Source of the DNA: an uncultured Myxococcales bacterium
Lineage (GTDB): Bacteria; Myxococcota_A; Polyangia; Haliangiales; Haliangiaceae
DNA length: 29,195 nucleotides
Direction: 5' to 3'
Assembly (NCBI GenBank): GCA_938004865.1
Contig: CALKVT010000185.1
Location: forward strand, 1-29,195
Shown: positions 16,386 to 25,365 of the stretch, one piece after another
How the letters are laid out: the number at the start of each line of letters is the position of its first letter
Numbering within the stretch: the stretch's first letter is position 1
Program-made: the position numbers and the translations under genes
The notes under the pieces: generated by a model
The model's input: the letters and a program-made list of their open reading frames with translations, nothing else
The model's database searches: none
Told to the model about the DNA's origin: nothing

Positions 16386-19300
16386 GTGACGCGGTCGTCT
16401 CGACGTGAGGGCTCCGGGGAAGGTGCGGCGCCGGCGGCCCCGGGAACCTCGCGACGCGTCGCACCCGGCAAGGTGACGGCCACGCAGCGCCTGCCGGCCG
16501 GACGTCGCGATGGCGGCGCGCCGGCGCCGTCCGTGTCTGCGGCCGGAGCCGACGGTGAGTCGGCCGCCAGCGTGCAGCTCCAGGCCGACGATCCGTTCGC
16601 CCTGCATTTGCTACCGGCGGAGGACGTCGCGCGCGTGGCGGCCGCCGGGACACAAGGGCCAGGATCGACGCTTCCGCACGGCGACCAGCTCCAGGCGAGC
16701 TTCGGCCGGCACGACCTGTCCGGCGTGCGAGCTCACGTGGGCGGCGCAGCCGCGGACGCCGCGGGGCAGATCGGCGCGCGTGCCTACGCCACGGGCAGCG
16801 ACATCGCGTTCGCGGAGCCGCCCGATCTCCACACCGCGGCCCACGAGGCGGCGCACTTCGTCCAGCAGCGCGCCGGCGTCCAGCTCTATGGCGGTGTCGG
16901 TCAGGCCGGCGATCGGTACGAGCAACACGCGGACGCCGTCGCCGACGCGGTCGTCCGCGGGGAATCCGCCGAGCCGCTCCTCGATCAGATGGCCGGCGCC
17001 GGGGTGGCTGCTCCGGCGGTCCAGCGGCAGGAGGGAGGCCAGCGTTCGGGTGCCGGTGCCGCTCGCTCGTCGGACGTCGGGACAGCCGCGACCGCGTTGC
17101 GTGAGGCCGTCGAGCTCGCGGAGCTCGGACTGGCGCGGCGGCGGACCTTCCCCGACGCCGACGTCGTCCGCGTGAACGCAGCGGTGAAGGCGCTCGCCGA
17201 CGCGCTCCACACGCACGGCGGGAAGCTGGCCAAGACGGACGACAAGGCGCTCGACCAGGCGATGTCGGCGGCCTACGCGCTCGCGAACGCGCTCACGATC
17301 GGCGAGCACGCGCGGCCCAAGCTGGGCCACGAGCTCCGCGAGACCCTCGCCGGGCTGCAGCGGCTCGTCGACGATCCCCGGAACGACGAGCCCTCACGCA
17401 CGCCGGCCGAGCTCATCCCCGTCGCGGCGGACAGCCTCGCCAAGCTCAGGGTGGCGCGCGTCCATGTCGCCGAGCGCATCCTCGACTATCCGTCGGCGGA
17501 CCTGCACGCGCTCGACCAGGCGATCACCGAGACCTCCGGTTGGGTCACCACGCTCTCCGGCGCGGGCGGCACGCGATCGGCGCAGCGGCTCTCGCGCGCG
17601 GTGACCGATCAGGCCTCCGTGCTCGCGCAGGTCATCCCCGAGCTGGAGGGCTTCCTCGCGCAGCCGCTCACCGAGTCGAGCGACGCGGTCGTGCACGCGC
17701 TGGTGCTCGCGCTCGCGCACTCGACGAAGCGCTCCGACAAGGCCCGACGCACCGCCGAGCTCGCGAAGCGGACCCGGCGCAAGCAACGGTTCGACGCACC
17801 GCGCTCGGTGATCGAGGGCAGCGACGACCGCGTCGCCGAGCTCGGGCAGTTCGACAAGCGGGAGGGACGCCGGGCCCAGCGCGAGCAAGACCGACTCGAG
17901 GGCCGGGTCGCGCAGCTCGAGAAGCGTGTCGCCACGGGGGGCACGGTCTCGGGCGTCGAACGCGACGAGCTCCTGGTGGAAGCGCGCGAGCACGACTATC
18001 GCACCCACGTCCGCGTCCTCGAGCTCCAGCTCCGCGACACCGCCAGCGGGCTCGACCAGCTCGACGACGGCTTCACCGGCGGCGTGAACCGCTACAGCAA
18101 CGAGATCCCCGAGCTGGTGAGCGACCTGCGCGGCATGGCGCGCGTCGCGGCGGCCGCGATCCGCGGCTACCAGGAGCGCGTCGCGCTCATCGAGGCGGCG
18201 GCGAGCGAGATCGACGACGACGCGCAACGCCGGGGGGAGATCGCGCGCGACAAGCTCGCCGCGCTGGACTGGATGGCGCAGTTCATCGCCGACCACGTGC
18301 AGAACGCGCGGCTCGAGAAGCGCCTCAAGGACGCCATGGCCGCCGCCGAGCGCGCGCAGACGCGGCTCTTCATCGCGAACCTGCTCACCACGATCGCCAT
18401 GACGCTCGCCGGAAACCTGGCCGCGTCCGCCGCCCGCGGTGTGGCCGAGGGCGCGTGGCTGGCGCGCGCCGGCGCGGCTGGCGGAGACGCGATCGCCGTC
18501 GGTCGCACGGCGAAGATCGTGGGCACGGTCGCTGGCGCCGCCGTCGACGTGGGCGTCAACAGCGTGGGACAGAAGCTCGCGCTCGGCGACAAGCGCTCGT
18601 TCCTCGACGTGATGGCCGCGAACGCGCTCACCGGCCTGGCGGTCCACGCGGTGCAGGTTCACTTCGTCAAGATCGAGCACCTGGTCGACGACGTCGCGGC
18701 GACCGCCAGCGCCTGGCAGAAGCTCGCGACCCACGGCAAGAAGCTCGCGGCCAGCTTGCCCGAGCTCTCGATGGGCATGATCGTCGGCGCCGCGACCGAC
18801 CACGCCTACACCAAGGCCCGCGGCTACGAGACGCCGCCGGCGGATCCCGACGCGATGGTGTCGGAGTGGATGGCCCAGGGCGCGGCCATCGCCATCGGTC
18901 GCCACGTCGCGGCCCACAGCCAGGCGTTCAAGACGCTCTCGGCTCGGCTGCAGGGAGGCGCCCGGACGTACGCGCACGCGCGCGTGCTGGCGATGGACCT
19001 CGACGTGCGGGCGGCCGGCGTCATGCGTACCGGCGACATCGCCCACGCGCAGGCCGTCCTTGCCCAGTACGAGACGCTCCTGGCGATCGAGCGCGCCATG
19101 ATCGCGAACGAGCTCGAGGCGGCCCACCCGAACCGGCGCCTCGCGGAGGACACGCTGGAGGACGCGTCGCCGCGCCCGCGACGTGAGGCCGGCGAAGACG
19201 CGGACGAGCCCGAGCGCCTCCCTCGCACGGAGCCTGACCGGGATCCTCGCTCGCCGGAGGGCTGCGCGACAACGCGGCCGCCATCAAGGCGGGCGAGCCC

Positions 19301-19838
19301 GGCTACAACTCGGTCGTCGGGCACGCCGCCAGCGAGGCGGACGGCATCGCACTCATGCAGCGCCTCATGCGCGGCGACGTCACGGCGCTCGCGGAGCTCG
19401 GCTGGAAGCAGAAGGGTGACTTCGACCCCAGCTCACGCGAGTGGGGTCTGGGCAAGCTCGGCAAGAAGTACGTCATCGTCGCCGGCGAGCACGGCGCGGT
19501 CGACTGGAGCACGCTCGATGGCGTCGAGCCCGTCGGGCATTCCCACCCGATCGATGGTGATCGCGTGCAACGTCAGGCCGGACAGCGCCTCGACGTCCGG
19601 AAGCTGGTTGCTCGGTCGGATGCCCAGAACCTCGACGCTGCCCTGGTGTTCGCCTCACCGAGCGACATCCAGTTCGCGGCTCTCCGCGGATTGTCTCGGC
19701 ACGCGCTCGCGCTGCCTTACGAGCACCTCGGTGGCAGCGAGATCATGCTCGCCTCGAAGGAGCCGTCGGGCCGGCCACAAGTCCTGCTCGTCCTGGAGCG
19801 CGCGACGTACCTGGGAACCGACGACGGTGGCGCCATGA
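16386..19838 (+). CDS. Giant DUF4157 (HExxH) domain protein with a long helical/TM middle region. It looks like the N-terminal part of a polymorphic-toxin-like protein. Only about 16386..19260 looks genuinely coding in this frame; the remaining tail of the ORF is an off-frame read-through.
   Basis: GTG at 16386, with [10 protein letters not shown] near the N-terminus. DUF4157-like block [69 protein letters not shown]. Hydrophobic helices around residues 660-760. After about 19262 the translation turns S/R/T/P-rich ([20 protein letters not shown]...), while frame +3 becomes protein-like. Confidence 0.75.
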   Translation: MTRSSRREGSGEGAAPAAPGTSRRVAPGKVTATQRLPAGRRDGGAPAPSVSAAGADGESAASVQLQADDPFALHLLPAEDVARVAAAGTQGPGSTLPHGDQLQASFGRHDLSGVRAHVGGAAADAAGQIGARAYATGSDIAFAEPPDLHTAAHEAAHFVQQRAGVQLYGGVGQAGDRYEQHADAVADAVVRGESAEPLLDQMAGAGVAAPAVQRQEGGQRSGAGAARSSDVGTAATALREAVELAELGLARRRTFPDADVVRVNAAVKALADALHTHGGKLAKTDDKALDQAMSAAYALANALTIGEHARPKLGHELRETLAGLQRLVDDPRNDEPSRTPAELIPVAADSLAKLRVARVHVAERILDYPSADLHALDQAITETSGWVTTLSGAGGTRSAQRLSRAVTDQASVLAQVIPELEGFLAQPLTESSDAVVHALVLALAHSTKRSDKARRTAELAKRTRRKQRFDAPRSVIEGSDDRVAELGQFDKREGRRAQREQDRLEGRVAQLEKRVATGGTVSGVERDELLVEAREHDYRTHVRVLELQLRDTASGLDQLDDGFTGGVNRYSNEIPELVSDLRGMARVAAAAIRGYQERVALIEAAASEIDDDAQRRGEIARDKLAALDWMAQFIADHVQNARLEKRLKDAMAAAERAQTRLFIANLLTTIAMTLAGNLAASAARGVAEGAWLARAGAAGGDAIAVGRTAKIVGTVAGAAVDVGVNSVGQKLALGDKRSFLDVMAANALTGLAVHAVQVHFVKIEHLVDDVAATASAWQKLATHGKKLAASLPELSMGMIVGAATDHAYTKARGYETPPADPDAMVSEWMAQGAAIAIGRHVAAHSQAFKTLSARLQGGARTYAHARVLAMDLDVRAAGVMRTGDIAHAQAVLAQYETLLAIERAMIANELEAAHPNRRLAEDTLEDASPRPRREAGEDADEPERLPRTEPDRDPRSPEGCATTRPPSRRASPATTRSSGTPPARRTASHSCSASCAATSRRSRSSAGSRRVTSTPAHASGVWASSARSTSSSPASTARSTGARSMASSPSGIPTRSMVIACNVRPDSASTSGSWLLGRMPRTSTLPWCSPHRATSSSRLSADCLGTRSRCLTSTSVAARSCSPRRSRRAGHKSCSSWSARRTWEPTTVAP

Positions 19839-20752
19839 GGTTCCAGTCGCGAGCGACGATGCAGGCCGGCGACGAGGTGATCTGGCAAGGCACGATCGAC
19901 GCCGTTTATCCGACGGGGGCTGAACCTCACCTCGAGTTCGACGCATCTTCTCGAGCCGGCGCGCGCGTCGAGCTCCCATCGCCCGGCGGGAGCAGAACGA
20001 AGAGCGGTGGAGAACGCGACCAACGGCCGGGGAGGTCACCCCCGGGCGATGCGAATGCCGTAGGTCATTCACCGGACTCGACTGGCAACGACGGACACGT
20101 GGCGGCTCCGGCTGTGGCGACAGGCCGGGGGCTACCGGCGTTCCCCGTACGCAAGTCTGACGTGCAGGAGAGAGTGCGCGAGACGCCCGAGTCCTTCGAG
20201 CTCGAGTTCGTGGCGAAGGATCCGGATAGCAACGAGGTGTCGCTCGGAAAGGGAGCGGTCAGGCTCGATGACCAAGGGCAGCCGAAGGGGGCGCCGAGCT
20301 TCACGCTGGTCGCAACGATGACCGTCAGGAACGCGGATCACAGCGTGCAGATCTTCGACGACGTCGACGCCTCTTCCGGCGCAATGCCGACAGGTATCGG
20401 TGACCGTATCCCGTTGACCCAGCACGCGATCGCCAGGTACGTCGATCGGCACGCGAGCCGGTTCGGCACGCCGCCGACGACGCTCGAGGGCCGCCTCGCA
20501 TGGTCGAACAAACTCAATTTCCAGCGAGAGTTCTATCTGGCCAAGACTCGTGACGGACTAGCTGAGTACGATGCGGCGCAGCAGGCGATCCGGCGCATCT
20601 CCTTCGGCCGGCACCGTGTTGCGGCCGGCTACGATCAGTTCGTGGTGAACATGAAGATGAAGGAGCTCGTAGATCTGGGTCCTGGCATCGGCAAGCAGCG
20701 CGTTCCGCGTGACATCGAGGTGATCGCCTACCGCACGGGTGGTGTGCCATGA
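19355..20752 (+). CDS. C-terminal toxin-like module(s) of the DUF4157 protein, in a different frame. Coding potential extends upstream of the first ATG, back to the stop at 19235-19237.
   Basis: The frame stays open for 1.5 kb in a region of about 55-65% GC. The upstream in-frame translation [39 protein letters not shown](M) is protein-like with high GC3. Contains AGEHG...VGHSHP...ASPSD (JAMM-like), a low-complexity linker, then a 185-aa C-terminal domain. Its stop overlaps the next ATG (ATGA at 20749-20752). Confidence 0.75.
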   Translation: MQRLMRGDVTALAELGWKQKGDFDPSSREWGLGKLGKKYVIVAGEHGAVDWSTLDGVEPVGHSHPIDGDRVQRQAGQRLDVRKLVARSDAQNLDAALVFASPSDIQFAALRGLSRHALALPYEHLGGSEIMLASKEPSGRPQVLLVLERATYLGTDDGGAMRFQSRATMQAGDEVIWQGTIDAVYPTGAEPHLEFDASSRAGARVELPSPGGSRTKSGGERDQRPGRSPPGDANAVGHSPDSTGNDGHVAAPAVATGRGLPAFPVRKSDVQERVRETPESFELEFVAKDPDSNEVSLGKGAVRLDDQGQPKGAPSFTLVATMTVRNADHSVQIFDDVDASSGAMPTGIGDRIPLTQHAIARYVDRHASRFGTPPTTLEGRLAWSNKLNFQREFYLAKTRDGLAEYDAAQQAIRRISFGRHRVAAGYDQFVVNMKMKELVDLGPGIGKQRVPRDIEVIAYRTGGVP

Positions 20753-21477
20753 GCCGAATCGAGGAGTTGCTGGGTCGCGTGATCGAACCCGCAGAACGGC
20801 AGAGCGTGGACGCGCTCTACGATCTTCGCCCCGAACAGCTCGCCGAGGTCTCGGCACTTGTCCGGGTCGGCCGGGTTCCCGCCGTTCAATACTTGCAGAT
20901 GCTCGTTCGGCACAGTCATCTGGATCATGTCGCGGACTTCCTGGATCAAGTGGTGGTAGGCGGCGCAGATATCGCTTCATGGGGCCGCAGGGATCAGTTC
21001 TGCACGATCGAATTGGAGATCGCTTCCTTGCTGAGGCTGTCGCTGCACGACTTTGCGGCCGCACTCGCTCCCGTTGGGGATCGTGGATGGCTTCGCGTGA
21101 CGCCGGACGTGAGCACGTGGGATGGCACCTCGTTCTGCGGCGCGCCGGGCAAGGTCGTGGCCGCAGCCCCGTACTGGTGGGTGTGTGACCAGCCGCTGAC
21201 ATGCATCGACGCGGCTTCCGAGCGTCTGGAGCCGGTCGAGGACCTGGAGAACGCGTTCCGTCGCTGGCTTGCGTCGCGGATTGCCTGGGAGATGCGTGGG
21301 CGGCCCCGTCCAACTTCCCAGGAGGAGTGGCAACGAGCGCTCGGGGTTACGACGATGTCCATCGACGCGCGGATTGCCATCCAGGCGCTGGTCGCCGAGG
21401 AAGACGGGAACGTTGCGCAGGGCCTTCCGCCCGGGTTTCGCGCGCCCGATGACGCGTTCGAACGGACGCCCCCATGA
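20749..21477 (+). CDS. Hypothetical protein and candidate immunity protein for the upstream toxin-like module.
   Basis: ATG at 20749 in a 4-nt ATGA overlap with the upstream stop. 242 aa with varied composition (W, C, F, Y). Same low-GC compositional block. No motif recognised; a SUKH/SMI1-like fold is only a guess. Confidence 0.7.
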   Translation: MSRIEELLGRVIEPAERQSVDALYDLRPEQLAEVSALVRVGRVPAVQYLQMLVRHSHLDHVADFLDQVVVGGADIASWGRRDQFCTIELEIASLLRLSLHDFAAALAPVGDRGWLRVTPDVSTWDGTSFCGAPGKVVAAAPYWWVCDQPLTCIDAASERLEPVEDLENAFRRWLASRIAWEMRGRPRPTSQEEWQRALGVTTMSIDARIAIQALVAEEDGNVAQGLPPGFRAPDDAFERTPP

Positions 21478-21480
21478 CTC

Positions 21481-21753
21481 ATGAAGCACGCAGAAGACAT
21501 CCGCGATGTGCTGCGCGCCCTCGAGGGCCTGGCTGAGATGGAAAGAATCCGCCTGCTGGGACCAGATGGGCTGATTCCGATGAAGGACGTGCCCGCCTTG
21601 CGCGCTCGATCGCGCTACCTCGAGCTCGATGAAGGCCGCGGCGAGCTTGCAGCCCATGCCGGTCTCGAGGCCCTTGCGTGCGTTCCGGCGTTGCGTGCCA
21701 TCCTTCTGGAGGCGCAGGCACGCGGTCTCCACGTATCCATGGATTCGGGTTGA
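21481..21753 (+). CDS. Hypothetical small protein (90 aa).
   Basis: ATG at 21481, 3 nt after the upstream TGA. The next ATG (21756) lies 2 nt after its own TGA. Helical, varied composition. Confidence 0.55.
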   Translation: MKHAEDIRDVLRALEGLAEMERIRLLGPDGLIPMKDVPALRARSRYLELDEGRGELAAHAGLEALACVPALRAILLEAQARGLHVSMDSG

Positions 21754-21755
21754 TC

Positions 21756-23087
21756 ATGCGACTCGGCGGACACCCCCAGAACTCGGTTCGCTTCTTCACG
21801 AGCGCCGCCCTCCGTTCACACGAACAGGTCGCTGGCGAGACGCTCGGCTGGATCCCCCGCGCCATCACGGTCGAGTTCGAAGGCGATCGGCCGGTGACCG
21901 GGGTGTGGCGCTCCGCCGAGGGAGATCGCTGCGTCTGCTGGTACTCCGCTCAGCTCACCGAAGAACTTGCGGCCGCGCACATGGAGCGCTACGGCGAGGA
22001 GCCGTTCTGGGTCGTTGATCGGACCGACCCGCGAGGAGGAAGGAACATCGTCGTGCATGAGTGTGATGCGCGTGGATACGTGATCGCGCGCCGACGCTGG
22101 GAGTTCGACACGAATCTCATGCCGCTTCGCGACGAAGGGCGTGCGGCCGACGGGTCGCTTCTGTGGACGCGTACGTACGAGTGCACGAACAACGGAGTAC
22201 CGTTCGCCGCCACCGAACTTCGACCAGGTGGTGATCCCGTCGTCCTGCAGCGACCGATCGCGTTTCCAGCACCGGCGCTGGCGGGCGAGCCATTTCCGTG
22301 CGGCGGCGCGATCGGACGCGACGGACCGAGGCTCGTCGCGCCGATCCAGCAGAACAGCTACCAGGGGCGCTATTGGGCGGTCTATCGAGAAGGGCCGATA
22401 TGGAAGCGCGGCCTCGCCACGATCGCGACGAGCAAGCGCGCGTGGCCGGCAGAGCTCAGCCCCATCCTCGACTTCTCAGGTAACGGTATTGCCCCGCTCG
22501 TCGAGGTGGGCGAGTTGGTCCACCCGCGGCGGGCGGGCTATCCGTTCTTCGGCGTCGTCGAGGCGTTTCCAGATGGCGAAACGCTGGAAGAGCGCGTTCG
22601 CCGGGAACCGCTCAGCCTGCATGGGGCGCTCGCGCTTGCGCTCGACGTCGCCGTGGTGGCGCGTCGTGCACACGAGGCAGGCCATCCGCTCGGCGGCATC
22701 CGCCCGGAGCTCATCTGCGTGCGCGAACGGGACGGCGAGGTGTCGCTGGTTGGCATCGCTCATCGGGGGCCAGCGGTGCTGTCCACGACCTACTCGGGTG
22801 AGCAGATCCGCTGGCCGCCCATCTTCGCCGCCGACTTCTCGAGCTCCGACGACGCGCGAGGCCTCGCGCAGCTGGTCTGGTTTACGCTCACCGGAACCCA
22901 TCCGTTCCTGGCTCCGGACGACTGTCGATGGGACCCGAGCTGGAACGAGTTCCGTCACCAGCGACGGCGGAGGCAACCGTGGACCGGTCCGCCGACGATC
23001 GGGCGGGTGCTCGAGCATGCACTGTTCGACTCCAGCCCGGTGGGCTTCGACGTGCTCGTCGACGAGCTGTCTCGCCTTCGAGCGTGA
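21756..23087 (+). CDS. Protein with an unknown N-terminal domain and a degenerate (catalytically dead) Hanks-kinase-like C-terminal domain.
   Basis: ATG at 21756 (the track ORF starts 26 codons earlier, inside the previous gene). FFGVVEAFPDGETLEERVRREPLSLHGALALALDVAVVARRAHEAGHPLGGIRPELICVRERDGEVSLVGIA...DDARGLAQLVWFTLTGTHPF aligns by eye with kinase subdomains V-IX. HRDLKPxN is replaced by LGGIRPEL and DFG by LVG. Confidence 0.7.
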   Translation: MRLGGHPQNSVRFFTSAALRSHEQVAGETLGWIPRAITVEFEGDRPVTGVWRSAEGDRCVCWYSAQLTEELAAAHMERYGEEPFWVVDRTDPRGGRNIVVHECDARGYVIARRRWEFDTNLMPLRDEGRAADGSLLWTRTYECTNNGVPFAATELRPGGDPVVLQRPIAFPAPALAGEPFPCGGAIGRDGPRLVAPIQQNSYQGRYWAVYREGPIWKRGLATIATSKRAWPAELSPILDFSGNGIAPLVEVGELVHPRRAGYPFFGVVEAFPDGETLEERVRREPLSLHGALALALDVAVVARRAHEAGHPLGGIRPELICVRERDGEVSLVGIAHRGPAVLSTTYSGEQIRWPPIFAADFSSSDDARGLAQLVWFTLTGTHPFLAPDDCRWDPSWNEFRHQRRRRQPWTGPPTIGRVLEHALFDSSPVGFDVLVDELSRLRA

Positions 23088-23198
23088 TCGTGTGCCATCC
23101 ATGTCGGATTCCGCGGTTGGCTCGGCCCGGGCGACATGTGATCCCCGCCGTTGACGTCGGGTCGGGCAGGGGCTGACGATGGTTCCATGGCCGAGGGC

Positions 23199-25316
23199 AT
23201 GAAGCGTCGTGACTTCTTTAGACTGACGGGGACCTTCTTCGCGGCGGCGAGCCTGGGCGGCGTGCCCGGGTGCGGCGGGGACGACGGCGACGGGGGCGAT
23301 CCCGACGCCGCGCCAACGGGGCTGGTGCTGTTCCCGCAAGGCGTCGCGTCGGGCGACCCACGTGAGTCGTCGGTCGTCCTCTGGACCCGCGCCGTGCGCG
23401 CGGCGGGCGGCGCCGAGGCGGTCGACCTGACGCTCGAGGTGGCGAGCGACGCCGGCTTCGCGACGATCGTCGCCATGCAGTCGGTGTCGGCGATGGCCGC
23501 GGTCGATCACACCGTGCGGGTCGTCGTGACCGGGCTCGCGGCGGACACGATCTACTACTACCGCTTCAAGAACGGCGGCGACGCGATCACGGGCCGCACG
23601 CGCACGGCGCCGGCCGCGGACGCGGACGTGCCGGTCCGCATGGCCTGGGCGAGCTGCCAGGACTACGGCGCCGGCCACTACGGCGCGTATCGCGTGATGA
23701 TCGCGGAGGACATGGCGCGGGCGGAGGCGGACCAGATCCGCTTCGTCCTGCACCTCGGCGACTTCATCTACGAGACCCGGGGCGGCGGCTTCCAGGTGCC
23801 GCTGGGAGACGACTTCCAGCCGATCACGTTGAACAACGCCGACGGCACGCCGCGCCTGGTCGGGCCGTTTCCCTCCGGCGGCGGCAACGCCGGCGGCGAG
23901 AACTTCGCCCAGACGGTCGATGACTTCCGGCACCTCTACAAGACCTTCGCTTCGGACCCCGACCTGATGGCGGCCCGCGCCCGGTGGCCGTTCATCCACA
24001 CGTGGGACGATCACGAGTTCTCGAACGACTGCTGGCAGAGCCAGAGCAACTTCACCAACGCCAACAGCACCGACGAGCCGTCGCAGCGCAAGAAGGTGGC
24101 CGCCAACCAGGCGTGGTTCGAGTACATGCCGGCGCAGCTGACCGGCGCGCCAGGCGTCGCGGGGGTCACCCAGCGCGCGGCGGATTTCGTCATGCCGGCC
24201 AATGTCACGGACGCGGCGTTCACGCCTGCCGACGACACCTCGAACTTCGTCGACGAGCCCAACAACGTCGCGGCCGTCGGGTCGATCACGATCTACCGGA
24301 GCTTCCGGTTCGGTCGGCACGTCGAGCTGGTCGTCACCGACGAGCGGAGCTACCGGAGCGATCACGCCATCCCGGAAGAGTTCGCCGAGATGAGCATCGA
24401 GTACCTCGACCACCGGAACGTGCTGCCGCGCGTCGATCTGGAGGTGATGGACGCGGGGCGGACGCACAACGGCAACAGTCCCCCGGCCACGGTGGGGCTC
24501 CAGGGGCTTCCGAATCCACGCGTGGGGAGTCCTCCGGGAACGATGCTGGGCGTCCAGCAGAAGCAGTGGTGGAAGGACACCATGCGTCTCTCGAACGCGA
24601 CCTGGAAGGTCTGGGGCAACCAGGTGCCGCTCATGCGCTTCCAGATCAAGCAGGGGCCGGTTGGCGGACTCATCGTCGACCGCATCATGAACGGCGACGC
24701 GTGGGACGGGTACGCGACGGAGCGCAACGAGCTCATGACGTACTTGCGCGACCAGAACGTCGACAATCTCCTCGTGCTCACCGGCGACATCCACGCCCAC
24801 TTCGCGGGCATCGTGAACGACAACTACACGGCGGCGAGCCCGATGCCGGTCGGGGTCGAGTTCTGCGCGGCGGGCATCGCGTCGAACTCGGTGTTCTCCT
24901 TCTTCGAGGATGCCTCGCGGGCGCCGGCCGCGCCGCCCGACGTCCGGGCCCTGGTCACGTTCGACGCGTCGGCCTCCGGCGGCTCGGCGTTCGTCGAGAA
25001 CATGAACCTCCTCCTCATCCACGGGACGGACGCCGCCGACACCATGCGGCGGACCAACGATCGGGCGATGGCGCTGGCGGCCTCCGATCCGACGGCGAAC
25101 CCGCACCTCAAGTACGCCGACACCAACGCCCAGGGCTTCGGCGTGGCGCTCGTGAGCGCGACGCAGGTCGAGACGGTCCTGACCACGATCTCGCGGCCGG
25201 TCACGATGGCGGCGTCGACGGTTCGCCGGACCGCGCGCTTCGTCGTGCCGGTCAATAACCCGGCGGGGATGACGGGCCCCGTGTTCACCGGGATGCCCCC
25301 GTTCCCGTTCACCTGA
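23199..25316 (+). CDS. phoD: PhoD-family alkaline phosphatase/phosphodiesterase with a Tat signal, possibly a lipoprotein.
   Basis: MKRRDFFRLTGTFFAAASLGGVPGC (twin-arginine motif, Cys after the h-region). PhoD metallophosphatase motifs HLGDFIYE, HTWDDHEFSNDCW, LTGDIHAHF. GAGGG lies upstream of ATG 23199. Alternative in-frame starts at 23187 (ATG) and 23151 (TTG). Confidence 0.9.
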   Translation: MKRRDFFRLTGTFFAAASLGGVPGCGGDDGDGGDPDAAPTGLVLFPQGVASGDPRESSVVLWTRAVRAAGGAEAVDLTLEVASDAGFATIVAMQSVSAMAAVDHTVRVVVTGLAADTIYYYRFKNGGDAITGRTRTAPAADADVPVRMAWASCQDYGAGHYGAYRVMIAEDMARAEADQIRFVLHLGDFIYETRGGGFQVPLGDDFQPITLNNADGTPRLVGPFPSGGGNAGGENFAQTVDDFRHLYKTFASDPDLMAARARWPFIHTWDDHEFSNDCWQSQSNFTNANSTDEPSQRKKVAANQAWFEYMPAQLTGAPGVAGVTQRAADFVMPANVTDAAFTPADDTSNFVDEPNNVAAVGSITIYRSFRFGRHVELVVTDERSYRSDHAIPEEFAEMSIEYLDHRNVLPRVDLEVMDAGRTHNGNSPPATVGLQGLPNPRVGSPPGTMLGVQQKQWWKDTMRLSNATWKVWGNQVPLMRFQIKQGPVGGLIVDRIMNGDAWDGYATERNELMTYLRDQNVDNLLVLTGDIHAHFAGIVNDNYTAASPMPVGVEFCAAGIASNSVFSFFEDASRAPAAPPDVRALVTFDASASGGSAFVENMNLLLIHGTDAADTMRRTNDRAMALAASDPTANPHLKYADTNAQGFGVALVSATQVETVLTTISRPVTMAASTVRRTARFVVPVNNPAGMTGPVFTGMPPFPFT

Positions 25317-25365
25317 GCGGGCGGCGCGGCGCCGATGAACGGCGTCGGTTCGCGCCGAAAATGAA

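Noticed and set aside
17394-19186. Long ORFs 17394..19127 (-) and 17540..19186 (+) inside the DUF4157 gene.
   Set aside because: Both are R/G/A/D-rich shadow frames. The 16386 frame carries the DUF4157 block, hydrophobic helices and normal residue diversity across this interval.
15425-19262. The idea that the 9-nt-loop tRNA decodes a quadruplet or quintuplet codon to bridge the toxin-gene frame break (+2 shift).
   Set aside because: The loop would pair with CAUU or CAUUA. Neither occurs in the 19238-19262 window where the shift must happen, so no sequence support exists.
19262-19838. The last ~190 codons of ORF 16386..19838 as genuine C-terminus of the giant protein.
   Set aside because: The translation becomes S/R/T/P/A-rich (…[28 protein letters not shown]…) and third-position GC drops. 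The overlapping frame reads as a normal protein with a JAMM-like motif, so this is judged an off-frame read-through.
15425-23100. The tRNA-like gene as the attachment site of an integrated genomic island containing the low-GC cassette.
   Set aside because: No integrase or recombinase gene is present, and I could find no direct repeat of the tRNA 3' end. The low-GC block starts about 4 kb away from the tRNA and on the side of its 5' end.
23151-23180. TTGACG-N17-TGACGAT as a sigma-70-type promoter for phoD.
   Set aside because: The -10 candidate matches the consensus poorly, and promoter consensus in this GC-rich lineage is uncertain. I could not support it from sequence alone.
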